From positions 2,220 to 66,219 of the forward strand of contig JBGAJY010000005.1 of assembly GCA_044224705.1 (NCBI GenBank): a stretch of 64,000 nt of DNA. Reading direction: 5' to 3'. The translations under genes and the position numbers were made by a program. This DNA is from Saprospiraceae bacterium. GTDB taxonomy: Bacteria; Bacteroidota; Bacteroidia; Chitinophagales; Saprospiraceae. Position 1 is the stretch's first letter. Every line of letters starts with the position of its first letter. Positions 41,849 through 50,587 of the stretch are shown one piece after another. The notes beneath the pieces were generated by a model that made no database searches, was not told the origin of the DNA, and saw only the letters and a list, made by a program, of their open reading frames with translations.

Positions 41849-44398
41849 ATGACAAAATCTTTTTCGCTGCTCGCCTTAGTCCTGTTATTACTCTCTGCCT
41901 GCGCCGATCGCCACAACCAAGTCTCCGAAGAAGGGGAAGACCATTCGCCTTCCAAAGCAGGCGAAGCCTTGCGCACCTGGGCTATGGCGCGGTTGTTCCC
42001 CGACGGCCATTTTCATACGGAACAATACGCCGAAGCCCTCACGCAAATGCGTCTGGAAGCCAGCCTGCGCAGCGGCTTCAATAACACCTGGGAGGCCCTC
42101 GGTCCCAAAAACATTGGTGGGCGCACTTTGTGCCTGGCAGTCAATCCGCTGGATACCAATATTTTATATGCCGGCAGCGCCTCGGGCGGAATTTGGAAAA
42201 GCACCACAGCCGGCCGCGGCGCGACCGCCTGGATGCGCCTCGAAACCGGGTTTCCCGTGCTGGGCGTGAGCGCTATCGCTCTCGATCCGGCCAACCCGGA
42301 CGTCGTTTACGCCGGCACCGGAGAAGTGTACAATGTGGAAAATTCAGCCCCCAATGTCGCCTTTCGCACGACCCGCGGCACTTATGGCATCGGTATTTTA
42401 AAAAGCACCGACGGCGGACAAAGCTGGTCGCACAGCCTCGACTGGACCTACGGCGACCTCCGCGGCGTGCAGGACATCAAGATCAATCCGCTGCGCCCGG
42501 CCACCCTTTTTGCCGCCACCACAGAAGGCCTGCTGCGCAGCCGCGACGCCGGCGCCAGCTGGCAAACCGTACACGCCCAGCCTATGGCCGTCGACATCGA
42601 GATCAATCCCCTGGACACCAACATCATTTTCGTGACCCACGGATCCCTGAACGACGACGCCGTGAGCGGTGTGTACCGCTCTGTCGACGGCGGCGATTCC
42701 TTCGAAAAACTGACCAATGGCCTGCCCGAATCATATTCGGGAAAAACCCTGTTGGGCCTTTGCCACAACCAGCCGAACATCGTGTACGCCTCCGTAGCCA
42801 ACGATTTTAACCAGCAGGGCCTCTACCGCTCCGAGGACGATGGCGACTCCTGGGAACTGGCTAATCCGACGGATGTCTGTACTTACCAGGGCTGGTATTC
42901 GCACGACGTGGCTGTGCACCCCAACAACCCGGACATGTTCATCTGGACAGGCATAGACGCCTGGTTATCGACGGATGGTGGCGCTTCTGTTGACAAAAAA
43001 ACCTACTGGGCTGCCTGGTATTTCGGTCAAACGATCGCCGGCGAGCCCGAAGGGCCTCCGCATTACGTGCACGCCGACATCCACCGCGCCTACTGGCTGG
43101 ACAACGACCCGAACAAGGTTTACGTGGTCACCGACGGCGGCATTTTCGTTTCCTACGACGGCGGTACCAACTGGGAAGGCCGAAACGGCGGCTACCAAAC
43201 CCAACAGTTCTACGCCAATTTCGGCAACTCCGCGACCAACCCCAACCTCGGTATCGGCGGTATGCAGGACAATTCCACCGCCATTTTTACCGGCACGGGC
43301 AACTGGACCCGCGTGCTCGGCGGCGACGGCGAATGCGCCGCCATTCACCCGCTCGACGATCAGATCATGTACGGCTCCTCGCAGTACCTCAATCTCCGCA
43401 AATCGATCAACGGCGGCCAGAGTTTCTACGGCATCAGCCCGGGTTGGAACGGCGAAGCCACGGCTTTCAACGGCCCTTTCGAACTCGCGCCCTCCGATCC
43501 CAATATCCTCTACGCCGGCGCCCAAAGCCTCTGGCGCTCCGACGACGGCGGCGAAACCTGGAACACCGCCACCCAAAACCTGTTTGCCGATGGCGATTTT
43601 ATCGTCAATATCGCCGTCCATCCGGCCAATCCTGATATCGTTTATTGCAGCACGGCGCCCGCCCAAACCGCTACAGCCCGCGTGTTTAAAGTGACTGCCA
43701 ACGCTCCTTTTGTCACCGAATTGACGGGCCTGCCCAACCGGATGTGCATGGACATCGCCTGGCACCCCACGAATTACAATATCGCCTACGCAGTGTTCGC
43801 GGGTTTCGGCGCGCCGCACGTGTGGCGCACCACCGACAGCGGCGCCAGCTGGCAGGCCATCGACAACGGCCTGCCCGACGTACCCACCAACACCATCCTC
43901 GTAGATCCGCTCCTGCCCGACCACCTCTACGTCGGCAATGACTTGGGCATCTGGCTCTCCACCGACGCCGGCGCCTCCTGGTCACTCTACTCGGCCGATG
44001 CACCCAATGCCATGCTGGTGATGCACCTCAGCGAAGCGCCGGACCGGAAACTGCGCGTGGCGACTTACGGACTGGGCGTTTGGCAAACGGAAATGCAGGG
44101 CTCGGTGGGTACGCAGGAACTGTCGTTTGAACCTTCCGTGTCGCTCGCGCCCAACCCGGCTGCCGAACTGACGACCTTGCGCTTTACGCTGCCTGACGAG
44201 GCAGTGGTTTCGTGGCAAGTTGTTGATATTCAGGGTAAAATGGTGTTTCAAAGCAGCCGTGGGAAAAGGGCTGCGGGCGATTATTCCGAATCCCTGGATT
44301 TGCACAATTTGCCCGCCGGGACTTACGGCGTAGTGCTGGAAGGGAAAATAAAAGGGAAACAATTTCGGGTGGCGCGGGTATTAAGCAAGCAAAAATAG
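41849..44398 (+). CDS. Secreted BNR/Asp-box (sortilin/GH74-like beta-propeller) repeat protein with T9SS C-terminal domain
   Basis: Lipoprotein signal LLLLSAC. At least 11 Asp-box units (STDGGQSW, SRDAGASW, SVDGGDSF, SEDDGDSW, SYDGGTNW, SDDGGETW, TTDSGASW, STDAGASW and others). C-terminus 'LAPNPAAELTTLRFTL...VVDIQGKMV...LPAGTYGVVLEG'. Confidence 0.75.
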   Translation: MTKSFSLLALVLLLLSACADRHNQVSEEGEDHSPSKAGEALRTWAMARLFPDGHFHTEQYAEALTQMRLEASLRSGFNNTWEALGPKNIGGRTLCLAVNPLDTNILYAGSASGGIWKSTTAGRGATAWMRLETGFPVLGVSAIALDPANPDVVYAGTGEVYNVENSAPNVAFRTTRGTYGIGILKSTDGGQSWSHSLDWTYGDLRGVQDIKINPLRPATLFAATTEGLLRSRDAGASWQTVHAQPMAVDIEINPLDTNIIFVTHGSLNDDAVSGVYRSVDGGDSFEKLTNGLPESYSGKTLLGLCHNQPNIVYASVANDFNQQGLYRSEDDGDSWELANPTDVCTYQGWYSHDVAVHPNNPDMFIWTGIDAWLSTDGGASVDKKTYWAAWYFGQTIAGEPEGPPHYVHADIHRAYWLDNDPNKVYVVTDGGIFVSYDGGTNWEGRNGGYQTQQFYANFGNSATNPNLGIGGMQDNSTAIFTGTGNWTRVLGGDGECAAIHPLDDQIMYGSSQYLNLRKSINGGQSFYGISPGWNGEATAFNGPFELAPSDPNILYAGAQSLWRSDDGGETWNTATQNLFADGDFIVNIAVHPANPDIVYCSTAPAQTATARVFKVTANAPFVTELTGLPNRMCMDIAWHPTNYNIAYAVFAGFGAPHVWRTTDSGASWQAIDNGLPDVPTNTILVDPLLPDHLYVGNDLGIWLSTDAGASWSLYSADAPNAMLVMHLSEAPDRKLRVATYGLGVWQTEMQGSVGTQELSFEPSVSLAPNPAAELTTLRFTLPDEAVVSWQVVDIQGKMVFQSSRGKRAAGDYSESLDLHNLPAGTYGVVLEGKIKGKQFRVARVLSKQK

Positions 44399-44493
44399 GC
44401 GCCAATGGAATGTTATTTAAGCAAAGCACCCCTCCCGGTACAGCCTGTCCATTCTACCTTTATTTACCTTTTTTAATTTCACAACCCGTAAAA

Positions 44494-45012
44494 ATGATGT
44501 TCCAATCACTGATCAAAACCTCGTTCATCCTTTCCCTTTGCATCTTTTCGGCTTGTAAAGACAAAGCCAGCGATCCCGAAATTCTGTTCAAAAACCTCAG
44601 TCTGACAGACGAAAACGGACAGGCCTTGTCCAGCCCCGATCCCGACGACTGGCGCACGAACGACGCCTGGTTTCCCAAGGAAACGGCGTTGTTTGCCGGC
44701 ATTCCGGAATTGCCCATCTGTACTGAAGATGCCGACGTGGAAGTGTATGACGCGTATCCCAATCCGGCCCGGAATTACTTTCACCTCACTTTCCGTTGCC
44801 GGGCCGGCACGCAACTGGAATTACGGCTGGTGAACCAGGATTTCGAAGTACTACGCTCGTTCTCCCTGCCCGGTTTTGCGGCCGGTTCCAATACGGTCTC
44901 CATCCAGGTAGACGACCTTCCCGGCATCAATGGCCAAACCCTTCGCCTGTATTACAAACTGCTCGACGGAAATTGTGAATTCCGGGGTCACGGCGATATT
45001 CTGGTGCAGTGA
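44494..45012 (+). CDS. Small lipoprotein with T9SS-like C-terminal beta-sandwich, hypothetical
   Basis: Signal plus lipobox MMFQSLIKTSFILSLCIFSAC from ATG 44494. 'YPNPARNYFHLTF...LVNQDFEVL' tail. Confidence 0.55.
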   Translation: MMFQSLIKTSFILSLCIFSACKDKASDPEILFKNLSLTDENGQALSSPDPDDWRTNDAWFPKETALFAGIPELPICTEDADVEVYDAYPNPARNYFHLTFRCRAGTQLELRLVNQDFEVLRSFSLPGFAAGSNTVSIQVDDLPGINGQTLRLYYKLLDGNCEFRGHGDILVQ

Positions 45013-45015
45013 TCC

Positions 45016-45070
45016 GGTAGCCCGGAATTTATTCCGGGCATATCCTGCCCGGAATAAATTCCGGGCTACC
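45016..45070. terminator. Bidirectional hairpin (25-bp perfect stem, 5-nt loop) between convergent genes
   Basis: ggtagcccggaatttattccgggca (45016-45040) pairs with tgcccggaataaattccgggctacc (45046-45070). Each arm is itself a small palindrome (cccggaa..ttccggg). Confidence 0.7.
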
Positions 45071-46526
45071 AGAAGAATTTTACTAAAATCGTCAGGCTCC
45101 ACACGATAATCATCAGCCCTACCCCGATCAGCATTTTCCGCACGGGCAACCGGCCCACCAAACGGGCCGCCAGCGGCGCGGCGGCCACCCCGCCGACCGT
45201 CAGGCCCAAAATCACCGGCCAGTGCCGGATGCCGATGACGGCAAAAAACGTGACGGCGCTGGCGAGGGTCACAAAGAACTCCGACAGGCTCACCGAGCCG
45301 ATCACGTAGCGCGGCGTTTTGCCTTTGGTGATCAGTGTGCCCGTGACCAAGGGCCCCCAGCCGCCGCCGCCGAAGGAGTCGAGAAACCCGCCGATGCCGG
45401 CGAGCCAACCCACTTTTTTCACTTCACTTTCAACGGTTTGCGGGAAAAAAGCGCGGTACAAAATGCGCACGCCCAACACCATCAAATAGGCCGCCAGCAG
45501 GGGTTTTACAAATTCCGCCCCACGGCCGTCGAGCCACGACAGCAAGAGCGCGCCGGCGATGGCGCCCAGCACGCCGGGGAGCAGCAGCGCCCGGAACAGG
45601 TCTTTTTTTACATTGCCAAAGCGGTAATGACTATACCCCGAAGCCCCCGAAGCGAACATTTCGGCCGTGTGGATGGAGGAGGAGACGGCCGCGACGGGCA
45701 CGTTCAGGGTCATCAGGCCCATGGCCGCCGTGATGCCGTAGCCCATACCGAGGAGCCCATCGATCAGCTGAGCAAAAAAACCGACCGCAAGGAAAGGCCA
45801 GAATTCGGGCGCGATCTGCTCGTTAAGGCCCGTCATGAAGACGATATTTGCCAATAACAGTACGCCGAAAGCGCTGAGGGCGGCCGTAGCGATTTTGCGC
45901 CAGCGGCGCCCGTCGAATTTTTCCAGGCCTTCGGGTCGGGCGGCCAGTTTGCGCGTTACGTGGTTGAGAATGCGCACTTTATGTGAAAAATCGCCTTTCA
46001 GGTGCTCACGCAGGGCGTGCAGATTTTGGGCCACATCGTCGAGTTCGTCGGGTAGTGATTCGTGCAGGGTTTCCTTGACGCGTTTGGCGAGGGTGGGCGA
46101 TTTGCCGTTGGTGGAAATCGCGATTTTCAGGTCGCCTTTTTTCACCACCGAAGACAGGTAAAAATCGCATAGTTCGGGGGTGTCGGCTACGTTGGCGAGG
46201 ATACCTCGGGCGGCGGCGAGCGACTTGATCTGCCGGTTGCGGTGCGGATCGTCGGTGGCGATGATGACCAGTTGTTTGTGGTCGAGATCGCGGCGCTCAA
46301 AGGGTTTTTCAAAAATTTCGACCTCGGGGAAAAGGGCGGCGTATTCCCGTATTTCGGGCAAAACCGTCTCTCCCAGCAGCGTCACTCGCGTGGCCGGACT
46401 GTTTCTGAGCACGGCCCGGAGTTTTTCAAAACCGACGTTCCCGCCGCCGACGATGAGCACGTCGAAGTGTTCCAGTTTGAGGAAAACGGGGAAAAGGGTG
46501 TTGCCGGTGGAGGCGGTAGTTGACAT
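45066..46526 (-). CDS. Fusion protein: precorrin-2 dehydrogenase/sirohydrochlorin ferrochelatase (SirC/CysG-N) + TauE/SafE (DUF81) membrane transporter
   Basis: N-terminus: 'FPVFLKLEHFDVLIVGGGNVGFEKL', 'ILANVADTPELCDFYLSSVV' and 'LKIAISTNGKSPTLAKRV'. C-terminal ~270 aa: 7-8 TM with 'LIDGLLGMGYGI' and 'GGGGWGPL'. Confidence 0.75.
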   Translation of the reverse strand: MSTTASTGNTLFPVFLKLEHFDVLIVGGGNVGFEKLRAVLRNSPATRVTLLGETVLPEIREYAALFPEVEIFEKPFERRDLDHKQLVIIATDDPHRNRQIKSLAAARGILANVADTPELCDFYLSSVVKKGDLKIAISTNGKSPTLAKRVKETLHESLPDELDDVAQNLHALREHLKGDFSHKVRILNHVTRKLAARPEGLEKFDGRRWRKIATAALSAFGVLLLANIVFMTGLNEQIAPEFWPFLAVGFFAQLIDGLLGMGYGITAAMGLMTLNVPVAAVSSSIHTAEMFASGASGYSHYRFGNVKKDLFRALLLPGVLGAIAGALLLSWLDGRGAEFVKPLLAAYLMVLGVRILYRAFFPQTVESEVKKVGWLAGIGGFLDSFGGGGWGPLVTGTLITKGKTPRYVIGSVSLSEFFVTLASAVTFFAVIGIRHWPVILGLTVGGVAAAPLAARLVGRLPVRKMLIGVGLMIIVWSLTILVKFFW

Positions 46527-46537
46527 GGTTGGCTGTT

Positions 46538-48247
46538 TTAAACGTGAAAATCCGTTCCGTGCGTTGTCGTTTGTACCCAGCCTTGCCGTACGGCAAAATC
46601 GCCGAAACGCTCGCCGGGTTCCCGGTCCCGGGCATACGCCGAAAACAGCGGCGCAAGTTCCCGCAGAATCCCGTCCTCGTCCAGCATTTCACGGTAAAGT
46701 TTGTTCAACCTTTCGCCGTTGAAGGCTGCGCCGAGATAGAGGTTGTACTTGCCCGGGGCGCGTCCCACAAGCCCGATTTCTCCCAGATACGGGCGCCCGC
46801 AACCGTTGGGGCAGCCGGTCATGCGGATCAGGATTTCGTCCTGTTCAAGGCTGTTGGCTTTGAGTATGAGGTCGATTTTGTCGATCAGCGAAGGCAAATA
46901 CCGCTCGGCTTCGGCGAAAGCCAGCGTGCAGGTGTTGAGCGCCACACAGGAGATCGAATGGAGCCGAAGTCCTGTTTTTTCCAGTTCGGGCAACACCCGG
47001 TATTCTTCCAGTATTCTGTAAATCAGCGATTTGTGCTCCGGCGTAATCCGGCAGATCATCAGGTTTTGATTGCCTGTGAGGCGGAAATCGCCTTCGTGGA
47101 TGGTCGCGATTTTAGCCAGAGCCGTTTTGAGCAGGTAGGTTTTTTCGGTGGTTCGGATATCTGCCACGCGGCCGCCTTCAATGAAGAGCATGACGTTCCA
47201 GGTGCCGTCCTCGTTCTGCGACCAGCCGTATTCGTCGCCCGAACGCTCGAAGCGGTACGGCCGCAGCGGCTCGAAAATGCATCCTGCGCGGCGCTCCACT
47301 TCGGCTTTGAACACGTCCGGACCCACCCGGTCGATCGTGTATTTGAGCCGTGAAAATTTGCGGTTCTCCCGGTTGCCCCAGTCGCGTTGGGTGGTCAGGA
47401 TGGCTTCCAGGACGGCCAGAAGCCGGTCTTTCGGCACAAAACCGAGCAAATCGGCGAGGCGCGGATAGGTGTCGGGCATCCCGAAAGTCATGCCCATGCC
47501 GCCGCCTGCCGCGACGTTGTAGCCTTGCAAAACGCCGCTCTCAGCGATGGCGATGAGGCCCACGTCGTTGGCAAAAATGTCGGTGTCGTTGTGCGGCGGG
47601 ATCGCGAGGGCGATTTTGAATTTGCGGGGGAGGTAGGTTTTGCCGTAAATCGGCTCCTCGTCGGGCTGCGAGGTGATGGTTTCGACCAGTTCGCCGTTGA
47701 GCCAGATTTCCTGATAAGCTGTGCTGCGCGGCGTAAAATGCCGTGAAATTTCCACCGCATCGGCCAGCACGGCAGCATGCAGGGTCGATTGGGCGGGGTT
47801 GGGATGGCACATCACGTTGCGGTTCACGTCGCCGCAACCCGCGATGCTGTCCATTGCCACGGCGTTGAAGCCGCGGATCGTCGCTTTGAGCGCGCGTTTG
47901 CGGATGCCGTGCAACTGGATGGCCTGGCGGGTGGTGAGTTTGAGCGTGCCCGAGCCGTATTGTTCGGCCAGGGCGTCGAGGCGCAGCCATTGGGCGGGCG
48001 AGAGCACGCCTCCGGGCACGCGGATGCGGATCATGTAGGAGAACAGCGGCTCCAGTTTTTGCCGTTTGCGCTCGGCGTCGAGGTCGCGGTCGGTCTGTTG
48101 GTAAAAGCCGTGGAACTTGATCAATTGGGTATCATCGGGAGCGAAGGCGCCCGTGATCTCGTTGCCCAGGCTTTCGTGCAGGGTGCCGCGGAGGTAATCG
48201 CTGCCTTCTTTGATATGCTCAACTTCGGAGCGTTTCGGTTGTGACAT
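46538..48247 (-). CDS. cysI: Assimilatory sulfite reductase hemoprotein beta-component
   Basis: 'HGFYQQ.DRD', siroheme/4Fe-4S Cys clusters 'SCVALNTCTLAFAEAE' and 'TGCPNGCGRPYLGEIG'. ATG 48247 (MSQPKRSEVEHIK). Frame intact. Confidence 0.9.
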   Translation of the reverse strand: MSQPKRSEVEHIKEGSDYLRGTLHESLGNEITGAFAPDDTQLIKFHGFYQQTDRDLDAERKRQKLEPLFSYMIRIRVPGGVLSPAQWLRLDALAEQYGSGTLKLTTRQAIQLHGIRKRALKATIRGFNAVAMDSIAGCGDVNRNVMCHPNPAQSTLHAAVLADAVEISRHFTPRSTAYQEIWLNGELVETITSQPDEEPIYGKTYLPRKFKIALAIPPHNDTDIFANDVGLIAIAESGVLQGYNVAAGGGMGMTFGMPDTYPRLADLLGFVPKDRLLAVLEAILTTQRDWGNRENRKFSRLKYTIDRVGPDVFKAEVERRAGCIFEPLRPYRFERSGDEYGWSQNEDGTWNVMLFIEGGRVADIRTTEKTYLLKTALAKIATIHEGDFRLTGNQNLMICRITPEHKSLIYRILEEYRVLPELEKTGLRLHSISCVALNTCTLAFAEAERYLPSLIDKIDLILKANSLEQDEILIRMTGCPNGCGRPYLGEIGLVGRAPGKYNLYLGAAFNGERLNKLYREMLDEDGILRELAPLFSAYARDREPGERFGDFAVRQGWVQTTTHGTDFHV

Positions 48248-48284
48248 GGTGTTCGATGATGCTTGGTGGTATTGCTGGACATTG

Positions 48285-48369
48285 CTGGCGCGAGGCTTTG
48301 CCTCGTGCCTTCCGATTCTGTCGGGCTGAGCCCGACTAATTCTTGGCACGAGGCAAAGCCTCGCGCCAG
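48285..48369. repeat. Nested palindromic element (25-bp perfect outer arms with an inner hairpin)
   Basis: ctggcgcgaggctttgcctcgtgcc (48285-48309) pairs with ggcacgaggcaaagcctcgcgccag (48345-48369). Inner hairpin gtcgggc-tga-gcccgac. Followed by CGCGCCAGC iterations. Confidence 0.9.
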
Positions 48370-48424
48370 CGAAGCCTCGCGCCAGCAATGCCCCGCGCCA
48401 GCAGCGCCTTGTGCAGGCAAGTGG

Positions 48425-49735
48425 TTAAAGAAAATATTTTAGAAGACCGGCGGCTACGCTGACGCCGATCCAGACCATGAGATTTACTTTAAAAAAGTGC
48501 AAAGCCGCCAGTGAAATGACCGCCCAGACCAGGGAAACCCAGGCCACAGCCTGCTGCTCCGGAAAAATGACGGCCTTGCCGAGGTACAGGCAAAGGCTCA
48601 GCATGACGCCGGCCACTGCCGCAGTGGCAAATTGCAGCACCGATTTCACCGCCGGATTGGCGTGTGTCCGTTCGATGAGCGGCGCACCGGCCAGCACGAA
48701 CAGGAACGACGGCAGAAAGGTGTAAAACACCGTGGCCGCCAAACCGGCCGTCGCGGTCAGCAGCGAGCCATCGAAAGTGTGGTAACCCGCCATGAACCCC
48801 ACAAAAGCCAGCACAATGATCAGCGGCCCCGGCGTGGTTTCGCCCAGCGCCAATCCGTCGAGCATTTCGAGCTGACTCAGCCAGCCAAATTTTTCGACGC
48901 TCACCTGCGCCACGTAAGGCAGCACGGCGTACGCGCCGCCAAAGGTGACCAGGGCCGCCTGGGTGAAGAACAGGCAAAGTTTTTTCCAGAAATCAAAATG
49001 GGGCGCGAAAGCGAACAGCAGCCCAATCGGTAGGGACCATAACAACAAAGCCGTAGCAGCTTGCCGCGCCAGCCTGCTCGCCGAAAATGTACTGCCGGGT
49101 ACCACCGAACCCTGATGAATGAGGTACGACGCTTCGTCGTAGCTGGCTTCGGGTTCGTTGTTTTGCCTTGATTCTGAATGTTTTGAAGTAAAAAAGTGCT
49201 CGCCTGCACCTAAAAAAATCGCTCCCAGAATGATGAGCGGGAAAGGCATTTTCAAAAAATAAATCGCCGCGAAAGCAGCCGCCGCGACGGTGTAATGCAA
49301 GGGCGTTTGCAGCGATTTTTTACCAATTTTGACAATAGCCACCACGACGAGGGCCAGCACTGCGGGTTTCAGCAAATCAAAAACCGCCTGAATGGCCGGC
49401 GCGTGACCGAAGCTGACGTACAGTATGCTCAGTCCCCACAGAATGACTGCCGAAGGCAGCACGAACAGGATGCCCGCCGCCAGTCCGCCGCGCGTGCCGT
49501 GCAGCATCCAGCCGGTGTAGGTGGCGAGTTGCTGCGCTTCGGGGCCGGGCAGGAGCATGCAATAGTTGAGCGCGTGCAGGAATTTGGCGTTGCTGATCCA
49601 GCGCTTTTTATCCACGAGAAAATCGTGCAGGATGGCAATCTGGCCTGCCGGTCCGCCGAAGCTGATAAACCCAAGCCGCAGCCAGAAGGCCAGGGCTTCG
49701 CGGAAACTGGGCGGTGGTGGAGCGGGTGTTTGCAT
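48425..49735 (-). CDS. chrA: CHR-family chromate ion transporter (ChrA)
   Basis: '[27 protein letters not shown]...[20 protein letters not shown]', and a second-half repeat '[10 protein letters not shown]...[12 protein letters not shown]'. Confidence 0.85.
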   Translation of the reverse strand: MQTPAPPPPSFREALAFWLRLGFISFGGPAGQIAILHDFLVDKKRWISNAKFLHALNYCMLLPGPEAQQLATYTGWMLHGTRGGLAAGILFVLPSAVILWGLSILYVSFGHAPAIQAVFDLLKPAVLALVVVAIVKIGKKSLQTPLHYTVAAAAFAAIYFLKMPFPLIILGAIFLGAGEHFFTSKHSESRQNNEPEASYDEASYLIHQGSVVPGSTFSASRLARQAATALLLWSLPIGLLFAFAPHFDFWKKLCLFFTQAALVTFGGAYAVLPYVAQVSVEKFGWLSQLEMLDGLALGETTPGPLIIVLAFVGFMAGYHTFDGSLLTATAGLAATVFYTFLPSFLFVLAGAPLIERTHANPAVKSVLQFATAAVAGVMLSLCLYLGKAVIFPEQQAVAWVSLVWAVISLAALHFFKVNLMVWIGVSVAAGLLKYFL

Positions 49736-49753
49736 CGCGCAGGAAGTGCCGGG

Positions 49754-50503
49754 TTAACGTTTGTCGGGCGCCTTTCGCCAGTCAAAATTGTGGAAATAAA
49801 AGACCCGGATGGCGTGGATGTTTTTGAACTGGTCGCCGCTGGCCTGTTGCTGAAAAACATTCAGATAGCCGCCCTGCAACTGCGAATGACCCGTGATTTG
49901 CCAGGCCAATCCCGCGAAAAACCGGTTCTGATCGAAGTGGTTGTACACGACGTTTTTTCCAAAAGCAATGTGCGCTTCGTCGTTCAGCAACAACTGCAGA
50001 CCGCCGGGTTCGAAGCCCTTTTTCGTCAAGGGGATAAAGGCGGCAAGGTTGTAGCGGGCGCGCCAGTTGAATACGTAGCCCTCATCCAGTTCGCTGTTAT
50101 TCAACACCTTGCGGCGAAAACGCTCCTCCAGTCGCACCCAGTTCATGATCCGCAGCCGGGGAAAGCGGCTGAACCACTGCACCTGCTGCCAGGGCCGGTG
50201 CTCGGGCCGGCTGATGTCCTCGTGGCCTTCGGTCGGAAAATGGTTGATGAAGGCGTAGCCGGCCGTGAGGCGTACGTCTTCGTACAGGTAATACGTCAGC
50301 CCCGGCCGGATAATGGCGAGCGAAGGCTCGTTCAGGAAATCGTCTTTGAGGCGGAAATGCCCGTCGAACCAGAGCCCCCAGCGCTCGCTCAGCCGCGCCT
50401 GACTGAAAAAGCCGAGCCAGGTTTGTTGGTCGGTGCTGATGGTTTTTTGGGCGCTGAGCAGCAAGGGAAGTAGTGCTGTAAAAATCGTCAACTGAATTCG
50501 CAT
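49754..50503 (-). CDS. DUF2490-like outer-membrane protein
   Basis: Signal MRIQLTIFTALLPLLLSAQ from ATG 50503. Aromatic-rich beta-strand pattern 'QQTWLGFFSQARLSERWGLWFDGHFRL'. The family call rests on memory. Confidence 0.5.
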   Translation of the reverse strand: MRIQLTIFTALLPLLLSAQKTISTDQQTWLGFFSQARLSERWGLWFDGHFRLKDDFLNEPSLAIIRPGLTYYLYEDVRLTAGYAFINHFPTEGHEDISRPEHRPWQQVQWFSRFPRLRIMNWVRLEERFRRKVLNNSELDEGYVFNWRARYNLAAFIPLTKKGFEPGGLQLLLNDEAHIAFGKNVVYNHFDQNRFFAGLAWQITGHSQLQGGYLNVFQQQASGDQFKNIHAIRVFYFHNFDWRKAPDKR

Positions 50504-50519
50504 GATGGAAAAACGTAAC

Positions 50520-50572
50520 CACGGAGACACGGAGGCACGGAGAAATCCTCTCCGTTGCTCCGTGTCTCCGTG
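50520..50572. terminator. Hairpin (24-nt arms, 2 mismatches) downstream of the TonB-dependent receptor gene
   Basis: cacggagacacggaggcacggaga-aatcc-tctccgttgctccgtgtctccgtg. The arms are built of CACGGAGA iterations. Confidence 0.6.
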
Positions 50573-50587
50573 TTGAATTGTCAAAAA

